From assembly GCA_038245295.1 (NCBI GenBank), contig JBBRSP010000010.1:96001-160000 (forward strand): a stretch of DNA of 64,000 nt. Reading direction: 5' to 3'. The translations under genes were made by a program, and so were the position numbers. The notes below the pieces were generated by a model. It worked only from the letters and a program-made list of their open reading frames with translations. It did no database searches and was not told where the DNA came from. Every line of letters begins with the position of its first letter. Positions within the stretch are counted from its first letter, which is position 1. Of the stretch, positions 19,682 through 30,398 are shown piece by piece. This stretch comes from Candidatus Binatia bacterium (GTDB lineage: Bacteria; Desulfobacterota; Binatia; HRBIN30).

Positions 19682-20362
19682 GTTGTCTCCTCCGTTCGTT
19701 GCGGGGAGAACTTCGCAGGGCACCGCCGCCAAGATGCGATAATTGGATGGAGGGATGACGCGATCGCGGGGTCGCTCCGACCCACAGCTCCAGACGCAAC
19801 AAAGCCCGCGCTCCAAACATCAGGAGACACGGGCTGCCGCGTCGGACACTTGATTGTCTCGTCTGAGCAGCAGCTCATCGAGACCGCATCCCCGCCACTT
19901 GGCGAGAGGCACCTTGGGATGTCCGCCCCAGGTTGCCGAGCCCGGCCTGCGCCGAGCCACTCCTGATGTCGGTGCAAAGGTAACACCGAGGCGACAAAGG
20001 GGAAGTCCTCGCACCTCAACAATCGACGAAACGAACTGCCGGTAACAATAACAAGGCTTCGGCTTGGCGGCCGCCGCCGAACGCAACATGCAGCGACATC
20101 CGCTCAGCGGCGACGCGACGCTGCGCCTGACGGCCGGCTTGTACTCCCCCGCGGCCGCTGGTAGCGGGACGCGGGTACGATCCGCACGTGCGGCAGGAAT
20201 ATACGAGCCTTGGGGGGGAGCGAAGCTTGTGAAAGTCCCTGCAAATTCCCCCTGATGATCATGACGCTCGCGTCGGGCGACGATGACATCCTGTTTTGAT
20301 CACAGCGGCCCCCGCTCCACCGCGAAGGCGCGGCGGGCGGGCGCGCGGGAGAAGGAGGATAC

Positions 20363-20689
20363 ATGTTTCGACAAGGCGACGTTCTAATCATTCCGGTGGC
20401 GAGCCTCCCAACCGGACTCACAGAGGAAACCCGCGACGCGCAAGGGCGCATTGTCCTCGCGCATGGCGAGGTTACGGGCCATTGCCACGCCATCCACGAG
20501 AAGCATGTCAGGCTGTTCCGTGCAGCCGATGACGGCGCAATGGCGCCGGATCGTTACCTGGAGATCCTCGGCGCACCGGCTGTGCTGCGGCACGAAGAAC
20601 ACACCCATCATACGATTGAGGCGGGAAAGTACCGCGTGGTGATCCAGAGGGAGTACTCGCCGGAAGGCTTGAGAAATGTCGAAGATTGA
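20363..20689 (+). CDS. Conserved hypothetical protein with RQGDV / GExTGHxH / HEEH motifs (His-rich, cupin-like)
   Basis: Motifs seen; AAGGAGG RBS; usual partner of DUF6745 genes. Confidence 0.8.
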   Translation: MFRQGDVLIIPVASLPTGLTEETRDAQGRIVLAHGEVTGHCHAIHEKHVRLFRAADDGAMAPDRYLEILGAPAVLRHEEHTHHTIEAGKYRVVIQREYSPEGLRNVED

Positions 20690-21917
20690 AAAATTGACAG
20701 CCGCGCAAACGGCAAAGCTCGCCGAGTATCGTGACGAATGGATTGCCATTGGCTTGAGTACAGCGCCGGCCGACCGTGAGAAATCGGAAGCGGCAATCGT
20801 TGCTGCGTATGCAATAGCAAAACTGCCGCCTCCGAAAATTGTATGGTGCGGGTCGCCTCTGTCTCAGGGGCTTACGCGGGCGATTATTCTCGACCAGAGC
20901 GTCGCAGCCTCGGTCAGGGCTTCAGTCAGGGATTCGGTCGGAGCTTCGGTCAGGGATTTGATCGGAGCTTCGGTCAGCAATCCAGTCATGGATTCGATCA
21001 CGGCTTCGGTGGGGGCATCGGTCAGGGATTCGGTCAGGGCCTCTGTCAATGAATCGATCTGCGATATGGTCTGGGATCCGGTTTGGGCTTCGGTCTGGGC
21101 TTCGGTCAGGGCCTCGGTCAGGGCTTCCGTGTGGGTCTCAGTCTGGAATTCGGTCGGGGATTCCGTTTGGCGTTCGGTCGGGGATTCGCTCGGGTATGAG
21201 CTCATGGATTCGATCGGCGATTCGGTGTGGGATGCGTGCTGGGATATAGGCACCGATTCGCTCAGCGAGTCGATCTCGGATTCGGTCAGCCAATCGGGGT
21301 ACGGTCAACACGATGCAGGCTGGCTCGCGCTCTGTGCGTATTTCCGTGATGTCGTTGGCCTCACGGAACAAGTCGCGCCGCTCGCCGGGTTGATCGAGCA
21401 GGCGAGGCATAGTGGCTGGTATCTGGCACACGAAAAGATCTGCTGGATATCGGAACGGCACAACCTACTCTGCCGGGACGAACGCGGAAGGCTGCACAAC
21501 CTATCCGGCCCGGCCGTCGCCTATCCTGATGGCTGGGCTATCTACGCTGTCCACGGTGTGCGCGTACCCGCCACAATTATCGAGCACCCGGAGCGAATCA
21601 CGGCGGACAAAATCCTCGCGCAACAAAACACCGAGGTTCAGCGCGTCATGCTCGAAGTGATGGGGCACGACCGATTCCTCAGCGACGCCGAGGCGAAGCC
21701 GATCAGTACGGACAGTGCAGGCGAATTATTCCGTATCGATCTGCCCTACGACGAAGAGTTGGTGTTGGTGCGTGTGGTCAACGCAACGGCAGAGCCGAAC
21801 GGCGAGTTCAAGCGATATATCTTGCGCGTACCACCAGAGATGCAGACGGCAAGAGAAGCCGTCGCATGGACGTTCGGCCTTACGTCGGACGAGTATTGTC
21901 CGCGGGTCGAGTCGTGA
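20676..21917 (+). CDS. DUF6745-domain protein with an internal tetrapeptide-repeat tract
   Basis: DERGRLHNLSGPAVAYPDGW.IYAVHGV, NTEVQRVMLE, VNAT.EPNG..KRYILRVPP; (A/D)SV(R/W/G) repeats. Confidence 0.85.
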   Translation: MSKIEKLTAAQTAKLAEYRDEWIAIGLSTAPADREKSEAAIVAAYAIAKLPPPKIVWCGSPLSQGLTRAIILDQSVAASVRASVRDSVGASVRDLIGASVSNPVMDSITASVGASVRDSVRASVNESICDMVWDPVWASVWASVRASVRASVWVSVWNSVGDSVWRSVGDSLGYELMDSIGDSVWDACWDIGTDSLSESISDSVSQSGYGQHDAGWLALCAYFRDVVGLTEQVAPLAGLIEQARHSGWYLAHEKICWISERHNLLCRDERGRLHNLSGPAVAYPDGWAIYAVHGVRVPATIIEHPERITADKILAQQNTEVQRVMLEVMGHDRFLSDAEAKPISTDSAGELFRIDLPYDEELVLVRVVNATAEPNGEFKRYILRVPPEMQTAREAVAWTFGLTSDEYCPRVES

Positions 21918-22107
21918 TCGACGTCGGGGACGAGAGAGCATTGGCGGGTGCCCGGAAAGAGGACAGGGTCATGAACTCTGTTGGATACGCTTTGTGCGAT
22001 TTGGGCATCGTGGGCTCCTCTTCCCTCTAAAGGGATCAAGTGTCCACGGAACCGGGGGAACTCCAACAAGGCAATCAGAAGGGCAATCAAATTTCTCGAC
22101 AGCGCAC

Positions 22108-22410
22108 TCATCCAATAATCTTCGAACCCGGAAAAGCACGCTTTGCGGCCTGGACTGCCTCAGACATCTCGCGAGGCATGTTTCGCAGAAGGTTCAGTTC
22201 ATCGCGTGTGAACACCGCCAACCCAACCTTTGCGATGTCTGAGCGTTCACGCCGGAAGGCTTGCTGCCACCAGAGCAGCGTGGTCAGCGGAATCCTACGC
22301 TGCTCCCCGAACTTTCGCAGCGACAACCCACTTTGCTGCCACCGAGCCAAGAGACGCCGGACTCGCCGCGCTCGTGGCGATGTTGTCGATTCCGATGTGT
22401 CCATTTTGAT
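22108..22410 (-). pseudogene. IS66 TnpA-like HTH fragment fused to unrelated sequence
   Basis: RWQQSGLSLRKF.....IPLTTL.WW pattern. Confidence 0.5.
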
Positions 22411-22582
22411 CCGCCCCTGCGACCAATATACTGCTTCATGGACGGTCTGCTCGGCAAGAAAACTCTTCACACTTTGGTAGACCCCGGATGGCTCTCGATC
22501 GTTCATAGTACTGCGCGAGCTTCGGCGGGGTCGTAGGTAGAACTCTCTCAAGTCTCGCGCGAGTTGAAAGACTTCTCACTAC

Positions 22583-24117
22583 GAGTTTGTGAAAAAATCG
22601 GCTGCTTGCCCGAGAACTGTGCTATACACATCGTAACGCGATGAATGGTGTCGGGAGGTGAAGAGGATGGGTCAAAGCGGAGCACGGGTGGTCGAAGCGG
22701 ATCGTTGCCAACTGCAGCTGCGCCCTTTTGATCTGGACTCAACCATTCCCCAAGACCACAAGGCGCGACTACTGTGGCGGGCAGTCGAGGCGTTGGACCT
22801 GGCGGCATTTTACGACCGCATCAAGGCGCGGGTGGGCGTTGCCGGTCGACCTCGGGGGATCCGAAGGTGTTCGTAACCTTGTGGCTGTATGCAACAATGG
22901 ATTGCGTAGGCACGGCGCGTGAGGTGGAACGATTGTGCAAGGATCACCGTGCCTACCGTTGGATCTGCGGTGGAGTCCCGGTGAACTACCATACCCTGAG
23001 CGACTTCCGCGTCGATCACGGCACCGCGCTCGACGAATTGATGACACAGGTCCTCGGCGTATTGATGGAAGGCAAGCTGATCACGCTGCAACGGGTAGCC
23101 CAGGACGGCTTGCGCGTACGGGCCAGCGCTGGCTCGGGATCGTTCCGGCGCAAGAAGAAGCTCAAGCAGTATCTAAAGGAGGCGCGTGCGCACGTCGAAG
23201 CCGTCAAGAAGCAAGCTGATGATCCGGCCGTAAACGCACGCGTTCAAGCCGCACGCATGCGTGCGGCACGAGAGCGCGAGAATCGCGTCAAGGCAGCGCT
23301 GGGGGCGCTCAAGGAAGTCGAAGAGAAACGGCGAACCGAGTACACGGGTGGACGTAAGCCAAAGGGCGAGCCGCGCGGCTCGATGACGGACCCGGAGGCA
23401 CGCAAGATGCGTATGGCCAACGGGGGCTTCTCGCCCGGATACAACGTGCAGTTCGCCACCGATGCGGCCAACGGCGTGATTGTCGGAGTCAGCGTCACGA
23501 ATAGTGGAAGCGACAGTGGGCAAGCACCGCCGATGATCGAGCAGATCGAGAAGCGTGCGGGCAGCAAGCCCGGCGCGTACCTGGTCGATGCTGCATATAC
23601 GGACAAGAAGAGCGTGGATAAGCTCGCTGAGATGGATGTCACTCTCTACGGCTCGGTCGTGGAACGTTGGGGCAAGGACCCGTTCAAGCCGCAAATGACC
23701 GACTCGCTTGCAGTCAGCGCGTTGCGCAAACGGACGGGCAGCCCGGAAGGCAAAGAGATCTACAAGGAGCGTTCGCAACTCAGCGAGCGAGTCAACGCCG
23801 ACGTCAGGACGTATCGGACAATGGACCGCATGCTGGTGCGCGGCACCGCTAAGGTACTGTGCATCGCACTATGGAACGCGTTGGCGTTCAATCTGATGCG
23901 ATGGTTCGCGCTGGCATCGATCAGTTGAGGCCTTCAGGCCCGGAGAGTGACCTCTCAGGGGTCACTCGAGAATCCATCAAGGGTCGCTACGGATGCGGCC
24001 AGGCGATTCGCGCGCTACGCTCATAGTGCACAAACATTTCGGGCTTGGGCTTTCAAATAGGCGGCTCAGGGGCCGCGTTCACCAGAGCCAGGGAAAACGC
24101 GATTCTTTCACAAGCTT
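22583..24117 (+). mobile_element. IS1182-family element; transposase (22667-23928) frameshifted in a G run near 22855
   Basis: Terminal IRs GAGTTTGTGAAAAAATCG / AAGCTTGTGAAAGAATCG; possible TAC target duplication; GRP..DPK, NYHTLSDFR, QDG.RVRASA, DPEARKM, GYNVQ, DAAY motifs. Confidence 0.88.
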
Positions 24118-24141
24118 TACGACCCCTTCCGAGTCGGTATG

Positions 24142-26283
24142 TTAGAACACCAGGAGAGCTGAGTAGTGCTCACGGAACTCCTTCAGGTTGCGAGTTCGGG
24201 AAGCACCGTCTTCGCCCGTCATGGTCACGGTCAACCCGGTAACCACGGTTGGCGCCCAACGTTCGGCGGGTTCTTCGAAGATGAACCCTTGCTGTTCAAC
24301 AAACTGGATACCCGCGTACCTTGCGCTTGCGGGTTCCGCCGTCCCGTCGGACTTGTTGATGCGCTGCCACGTTTCTTTTGCTGCGTTCGACGAAGTGTTG
24401 ACCCATGCTTCCCCCAACTCAACGCGCTCGGCTTCCCCGTTCGCTTTCACCGCCACTGCGCTTGGCGCAAGGCGCGCCCGCCCAACATCGAGAATGCCAC
24501 CGCAAGTTAGCTTGGAGACCACGGGAAGCGCCACTTTCGATGCAAGCAAGAGGCGTCTCCGCACTTCTCTGGCTTCGAGGGGAGCGCCGTCGTCTTGCTC
24601 CCACAACGCTCTCAGAACAAACATGTCCGTCGCATAAGCAGGAGTGGCGTAACTGGTTCCCCAGTCGCTGGGCGTTATGCAATCCCCAGGTTTGCCCCAC
24701 CCGATCCCCCGGGCCCCACACGTAACGCCGTCGCCCTTCTCGGAAGACATCGTCAGAATGTTGGCCTGCGCGTCTATGCCTGCGATGAGAAGCACACCAT
24801 AATTATGTCGATTTTCCCAATACGACTTTAGTGGCTCGAGCTCTGAGATTTTTTCGATGTAACTATTCTGAACGTTTAGAACCCCCGAGACTAGACAAAC
24901 CTTACTATTGCTTCCGTACGTACGAGGCAGCAATCGAAATGGCTCGATAGCGGTCACAAACTGGGATGAGATCACCGAGACGCTGGTGTCGGTGACATAC
25001 TGCGACAGCAAGGCCTGCAGATAGAGGACCGGAACGTCGAACTCCCCTTTGCTTTTCGCAATTTTGGTGATTGCATCCAGCATGCTGTTCACTATCACCT
25101 TTGAACCGATCGGCATTTCCCTGGAAAGGTAATTGCCGAGAAGTAGTAAATTCGCCGCTCGGTTCTTGGAGAAGTCTAGGTCAACGAGGACGACGTTGCT
25201 CTGCAGTTGGGGGGCTCCCAACTCTTCAAGCCGCAGTCTTATGACATCCTGAACCTTTTCGCCGTGACCGCAGGCTGATCCGCCAGGTTGCTGGAAGAAA
25301 TCAAGAACCACATACTTTGACGCAGCCGCCCCCTTAAGCGACGCGGCCGCGTTGCGGAAGCGTGTCGCAACCGTCGCGACCTCGGCGTCGCCGGGCTCGA
25401 CATTTGCCCCGGGGAGTTGCAGAGGTTCGAGGGGAGCCCATACGTCCGCGCCAGGGCCATCGTACAACAGTTTCGCTTTGACTGTCTCTGGAAGCATCTC
25501 AAGGAAGCGTATGCTCTCTGCTTCAGATGGATTGAGGTGCCAGATAGCTGCCCTCGCAAGGTCAGCGGTGGCTGCCCGAGGGGTAGTACTCACATTGGAT
25601 ATCTGTGGAGTCGCGGTCACTTCTTGACGAGGAGCGGGTGGTGTCCCTTCTGGCGTCAGAGAGGTTGTGGCCGCGGGCAAGATTACATCTGCGCTACCTT
25701 CTTGGGGGGGGGTGCTTGGGGTTGGGGTTGGATAGGTCGCTCGTCGGGTGGCCGTTTCCGTCACTTCCGGTTGAGTTGCTTTCGCACCCACACCTTCGGA
25801 AAGTTCACCAACCCCCGCAAACGCTTCTGTGGCGGAATTGAAATCGATGGTTCCGGGACCGGAGAACGACTGGACAAATCGAGGATCCGCCCCGCGAGAG
25901 AGAGGTCGCACGGGAAGAACCGGCACCCTCAGACTTTGGCCTGTCCTAATGAAAGCTGGGTCTTTGATGTTGTTCGCTTCGGCGATGATATCGACAATTG
26001 CGCGCGACTCGCGCGGGCTATGTCCATCGGTATACCGGTACTCGTCTTGAGCGATACCGAAAAGGTTCTGGCCCGACTGGATCCGGATCTCTTTCCACTG
26101 CTCAGGAGGCGAAAGCTCGGCGATCGCACGCAGGACGGCGGCTCGTTCTGCAGCGTCAAGGGCCGACGGATCGATCATAATGGTGTGTCCATATGGCTGA
26201 GCATACAAGCAAATCGGTGCCGAAATTACGGTGACGGCGAGCCAACTTACAAGCCGAACCCTAACGCATCCTCCCGCGAGCAT
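24142..26283 (-). CDS. Exported LysM-domain S8 (subtilase-like) serine protease
   Basis: Signal-peptide-like N-terminus; LysM (IQSGQNLFGIA...ANNIKDPAFIRTGQSLRVP); Pro/Thr linker; triad VVLD, GHG, GTSYATP. Confidence 0.75.
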   Translation of the reverse strand: MLAGGCVRVRLVSWLAVTVISAPICLYAQPYGHTIMIDPSALDAAERAAVLRAIAELSPPEQWKEIRIQSGQNLFGIAQDEYRYTDGHSPRESRAIVDIIAEANNIKDPAFIRTGQSLRVPVLPVRPLSRGADPRFVQSFSGPGTIDFNSATEAFAGVGELSEGVGAKATQPEVTETATRRATYPTPTPSTPPQEGSADVILPAATTSLTPEGTPPAPRQEVTATPQISNVSTTPRAATADLARAAIWHLNPSEAESIRFLEMLPETVKAKLLYDGPGADVWAPLEPLQLPGANVEPGDAEVATVATRFRNAAASLKGAAASKYVVLDFFQQPGGSACGHGEKVQDVIRLRLEELGAPQLQSNVVLVDLDFSKNRAANLLLLGNYLSREMPIGSKVIVNSMLDAITKIAKSKGEFDVPVLYLQALLSQYVTDTSVSVISSQFVTAIEPFRLLPRTYGSNSKVCLVSGVLNVQNSYIEKISELEPLKSYWENRHNYGVLLIAGIDAQANILTMSSEKGDGVTCGARGIGWGKPGDCITPSDWGTSYATPAYATDMFVLRALWEQDDGAPLEAREVRRRLLLASKVALPVVSKLTCGGILDVGRARLAPSAVAVKANGEAERVELGEAWVNTSSNAAKETWQRINKSDGTAEPASARYAGIQFVEQQGFIFEEPAERWAPTVVTGLTVTMTGEDGASRTRNLKEFREHYSALLVF

Positions 26284-26317
26284 GGGAAACGCTCGACGCT
26301 CGATGGCGGACTGTCCT

Positions 26318-27190
26318 TTAGGGACTCGTTAATCCAACAGCCTTTAAGACTACAGATTTCCCGTCCGAGCCTCCAGCAGCGCCCAATACGGATCCACTTG
26401 GCTGACGGCGAGCCAGTGTGGCGAGGATGATCGGTCTGTCTATCGAAACCTTGTACTCGCCAGATCCATCCCCCTTGATACTGAACTTGAAGGACGAATC
26501 CTTCGCAACAAATTGTGCGATCTTGGTCGAGTCATCGAGCTTGACTGAGAGAGCGGCATTCTGCGTCTTGTCGACCTTGATGCTGACTTCCATTGAACTC
26601 GCAACCACATCCGCAACGACGTAAACCAGGGATCCATTGAGGTAGGCAGTTCTCAAACGGCTAGGTGGAGGTAACTTTTCAAGTACACTCTGGTATTTGT
26701 CTCTGTATAACCTACGATCCGTTACCGGCCCGATTCTCAGCGATGTCGTGATTCCCTTGGTCTTCTTGAAGTCAGCGTCGATGTTGAGAGCTGCAGCCAC
26801 TTTCGGCAAGATTAGAGAAGCCTCGATTTCTGATTTTTCCGACTCGCTCAGCGTTATAGGAGCACCTGTTCCGGTCGCCGCGAATCCTCCAACACCGAGG
26901 CGCTTCTGTGGATCATCCGGCAGTTGCAAGCCAAGACATTTGAAAGTGTCGCACTCAAAATTCGAAGCACTCGGATCTTCACCAGGTGCGTCCGGAATAT
27001 AGGTCGTGGCAACTCCGTAGTTGTCCGTGGGGTACGATGCCCACTGATAGCCCTTGAAGTCGTCGCCAAGAGCGGCCTTTACCTTACTCTGCATCAATTT
27101 TGTGTAGTTCACTTGACAGCATCCTGAGATGCCAAGGAGCAGCAAGAAAAAGACTATTGCTCCATTTTGCCTTGAACTTGGTACGTTCAT
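26318..27190 (-). CDS. Lipoprotein, putative bacterial-gasdermin-like protein
   Basis: Lipobox LLLLGISGC; KGY-x4-YP early motif; two amphipathic beta-hairpin regions; short low-complexity C-terminal tail; CDS secure, fold assignment by eye only. Confidence 0.55.
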   Translation of the reverse strand: MNVPSSRQNGAIVFFLLLLGISGCCQVNYTKLMQSKVKAALGDDFKGYQWASYPTDNYGVATTYIPDAPGEDPSASNFECDTFKCLGLQLPDDPQKRLGVGGFAATGTGAPITLSESEKSEIEASLILPKVAAALNIDADFKKTKGITTSLRIGPVTDRRLYRDKYQSVLEKLPPPSRLRTAYLNGSLVYVVADVVASSMEVSIKVDKTQNAALSVKLDDSTKIAQFVAKDSSFKFSIKGDGSGEYKVSIDRPIILATLARRQPSGSVLGAAGGSDGKSVVLKAVGLTSP

Positions 27191-27444
27191 CGATGATCCC
27201 CCTTCGCCCGAGCACTTGCCTTAGCCCCTTTGGGTTGTCAATCAGGGTCTTCCGGATTTAGTGTGGGTATAGATCGAGACCGCCGCAGTGAAAAAGGATG
27301 GCCGTCCTGAAGTTTGCGAAGTTGCGAAAGCCTCGTGCGCGAGATTTGATCGTCTGAATTGTGTTGGTGGTTGAGCCGAAGCGCGCGAATCTGGTGCAGT
27401 CGGCGCGAGGCGAATTGCGGGTGACGGTTTGAGTGTCACGTGAA

Positions 27445-27903
27445 TCAGCGCCGTGGTGGTGCGCGGGGGTCGAGAGATCGACGCACCAAGGCGCGAATGG
27501 TGGCGGGGTCGTGATCTTCGCAGGTGTCGCGGCTGAGTGGCGTCGGGTTCTCGAAGCGCGGTTTGTCGGGAAGCGACAGGACCTGAAAGCGCGTACCGTC
27601 GAAGGCGATGAGATCCTTGTCGATCAGCGCGTTTCGGGCTCGCAGGTAGCTCTCCATCGGCAGCTCCAGCAAGGAGCAAATCGAATCGTAGTGGTAGAAG
27701 CTCAGGCCGTTTCTGTCGGCGGCGAGGACTAGCAGCACGTAGAGACGCAGCTCGTCTGGGGCGAGCGATGCAAAGAAGCCTTGGCGCAGAAACCGGTGCG
27801 GTACAAAGGCAAAGCTCTGGCCGCCGATCGAGCGTAGGCGCGCGGCCAGGATGGGGGCACGGTGCATGACCGTGCGGCGTGGCTGGTGATGAGGCTCGAT
27901 CAT
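27445..27903 (-). CDS. wHTH accessory protein of an IS21-family element
   Basis: [35 protein letters not shown] overlap with istB. Confidence 0.7.
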   Translation of the reverse strand: MIEPHHQPRRTVMHRAPILAARLRSIGGQSFAFVPHRFLRQGFFASLAPDELRLYVLLVLAADRNGLSFYHYDSICSLLELPMESYLRARNALIDKDLIAFDGTRFQVLSLPDKPRFENPTPLSRDTCEDHDPATIRALVRRSLDPRAPPRR

Positions 27904-28892
27904 GGTTGGCCAGGCTTGCGCTGTTTGCGCTGCTGCGCCTTTTGCGCGGCGCGTTCCTTGGCCTCTTTGAGACTGTAGCTGTCGGCTTCGATGCTGAGGA
28001 TCTCGGCCTTGTGCACCAGTCGGTCGATGATGGTGACCACCGATGTGGCGTTGGGGAAGACCTGGTTCCAATCCGAGAAGGGTTTGTTGGTAGTGACCAC
28101 CGTGGGGCGCTGAAGGTAGCGGCGCGTGACCACTTCAAAGAGTAGGTCGGCGTAACGCGCGTCGTAGGCCAGGTAGCCTATCTCATCAACGACCAGGAGT
28201 GTTGGACGACAATAGTGGCGCAGGCGGCGGTTGAGGGCAGCCGTCGAGTCCTGGACGGCCAAGTCGTTGAGCATGGCGCTGGCGGTGGTGAAACGAGCCG
28301 TATAGCCGGCAAGCAGAGCCAGATAGGCCAGGTTCTTGGCGATGGTGGTCTTGCCGGAGCTGTTCGGACCGATGATCACGACGTTGGCGCTCTCGGTCAC
28401 GAACTCCAGGCGGAAGAGCTCATCGAGGGCCGCGCGGTCGATCTTTTTGGGCCACTGCCAGTCGAAGTCACACAGGGGCTTGAAGGGTCCAAGGCGAGCC
28501 GCGCGCAGGCGGCGCTCCAGCGATCGGCGCTGGCGCTCGGCCCGTTCATACTCGATGACGCCAGGCAGCCAATCGAGATGGCGTACTTCCTCCCAGTTGG
28601 CGAGCAGACCAAACAGGCCGAGGCGGCGCAGGGCGGCGCGGCCTGTGTTGTTGTCGTTGTCGTTGTCGTTCTCAAGGGCCCTTGAAAAGGGGATAAGTCC
28701 GATCTCCTCCGCGCATGCCTACATCGGAATCGCACGTCTGGTGGGCCCTACTGGCAGAAACAGACGGCAAGCGACCTCCACATCGAGTCGACCCTATGTC
28801 AGTTTCGCCGAACCCGGCGTGGTCAGTTTGGCCGATCTCGCTACGGTCAGTTTCGGTGAACTCACCCCGGTCAGATAGCCCGGGCTGTTACA
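27900..28892 (-). mobile_element. istB: Deleted IS21-family element: left end plus start-less istB; istA almost entirely missing
   Basis: Minus-strand end TGTAACAG at 28892 with four GGTCAG(TTT) repeats; IstB motifs DFDWQWP, GPNSSGKT, LLVVDEIGY, TTN, DRLVH; open frame extends to ~28680 without a start codon. Confidence 0.85.
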
Positions 28893-29113
28893 CCCTACGA
28901 CCACGCGGCCGCCCGCGCGCGGCCTGACACCACTAATCGGGGACGTGCCGAGACGGTCTGCCGAAATTGGACGTATCCCCTTTTCCACCTATGACCTTCG
29001 ATCGATGGCCGCGGCGCGCGGCGGGCATTGCGGAATGGGGTCATCCCCTTTTCCCAGCCCATTCGGATCTCCTTCAACGACCCGCCAGGTTCCACTACCC
29101 CTAGCAACGAACG

Positions 29114-29728
29114 TCAGAGTGCGATCTCTCTCTCGGGGCTAAATGACCGTCCCGAGCATCTCTCGGTCGCCACTTCCGAACTTATCTCAAAGAACTCTTC
29201 CGCTGAAAGATGGTTCTGCTTCATTCCAAGTCTCGTGGCGATCGACTTCCCGACTGCCGAATATCCCCAGGCGGACACGAGCCGAAAGTGTCGCTGCGTC
29301 GTCAGTAATTTGCAGGCATAGTCCAAGGCGTCTCGGACGATCAGGCGCCCTAAGTGCGTCCCCTTGGAAATGCCAATTTCCGGCACGTAGAGGACCGCCG
29401 CCTCTGGATCATCAAATCGAGCAATGTCGGCCCCCGTCAAGTTGCGCTCCGGGGTTTCTCCGCTGGTCATTCGCTTGTACGTTGCGGCGGTCAGCGGCCA
29501 AAATGTGTAGAACCCTGCGACCTGCTTCGTCGCGTCAGCAAACGTCAGCTCGACAATTCGCACGTACCCACCGCGCGCGAGCAACTCCGCATACACCGAG
29601 TCGTCAACGGAGAGTTCTGTTGGAAACCACTCCCGATAGACCGCCTCAGTAGCCCCGAAATCAGCAACGCCGGCAAACCTAAGAGTGGCGTTGAGTGCGC
29701 GCGCCATTTGAGTGCAGGTGTCAGTCAC
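29114..29728 (-). CDS. Hypothetical protein, possibly GNAT-like fold
   Basis: VAGFYTFWPL, VLYVPEIG, AWGYSAVGKSIATRLGM pattern. Confidence 0.55.
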   Translation of the reverse strand: MTDTCTQMARALNATLRFAGVADFGATEAVYREWFPTELSVDDSVYAELLARGGYVRIVELTFADATKQVAGFYTFWPLTAATYKRMTSGETPERNLTGADIARFDDPEAAVLYVPEIGISKGTHLGRLIVRDALDYACKLLTTQRHFRLVSAWGYSAVGKSIATRLGMKQNHLSAEEFFEISSEVATERCSGRSFSPEREIAL

Positions 29729-30311
29729 GGGTTGCCCCAGTTGTCATTTTGGAAGCCGCGTAAGGATAGGTCCAGTTGAACTTCCGCGCGGCACATTCGA
29801 TGAAGTGCACAACTTTGCTGTCAAGGCTGTCGATATGCTGAGCAAATCTATTGGAACAGAAGAACTTCTGGTGGCGCCTCACGTCGTCGAGAAATGCAGC
29901 CGACCACTCGCGATCATCCGGGAAGAGCGTCATGACCCGTTCGATGGTGAGCAGCATGCACATGACGTAGAATTCGTATTGCGTATATTCCTCGGGCGTT
30001 GAGGCGGCGTGATCGAATCCATTCGCCAGCCTTGGATACTCCAACGAGACGTGATGATACTTTTCGTAGGCGTTTATTGCCTCCGTTTCGCGTGCAACCC
30101 GTATCTGCTTGCCTGCTACAAACAAGGCTATCACCGCTGCGATTAGAAGACCAAAGTTGGCTAGGATCGACGCAGAGTTCATTACGGATGAAAGTCCACC
30201 ACTGACCGCTTGGTCCACGGGTGCCGTTGCCGCTTGCGAATATGCGGTGCTTGCTGAAACCAGCAGAAAGGTCACGAGACCGACGGAACCTATACTGTGG
30301 ATGGGCCGCAT
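29721..30311 (-). CDS. Hypothetical membrane protein
   Basis: Signal-like N-terminus plus one transmembrane helix and a helical domain; 8-bp overlap with the downstream gene. Confidence 0.6.
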   Translation of the reverse strand: MRPIHSIGSVGLVTFLLVSASTAYSQAATAPVDQAVSGGLSSVMNSASILANFGLLIAAVIALFVAGKQIRVARETEAINAYEKYHHVSLEYPRLANGFDHAASTPEEYTQYEFYVMCMLLTIERVMTLFPDDREWSAAFLDDVRRHQKFFCSNRFAQHIDSLDSKVVHFIECAARKFNWTYPYAASKMTTGATRD

Positions 30312-30398
30312 GTTGTTCCCTTTCGTTCGGCTTGGGCTGTGGCGTGCGTTGCGAGGTCAAGAATGCTAGCTGCTTAGCGCCCTTCGTTCGACCCCCTG

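Noticed and set aside
20363..21917. Prophage or diversity-generating retroelement
   Set aside because: No capsid, terminase or tail genes, no reverse transcriptase, and no adenine-specific template/variable repeat pair.
25417..26430. Long plus-strand ORF (and similar antisense ORFs throughout the window)
   Set aside because: Antisense shadows of well-supported genes in GC-rich DNA, with no recognisable motifs.
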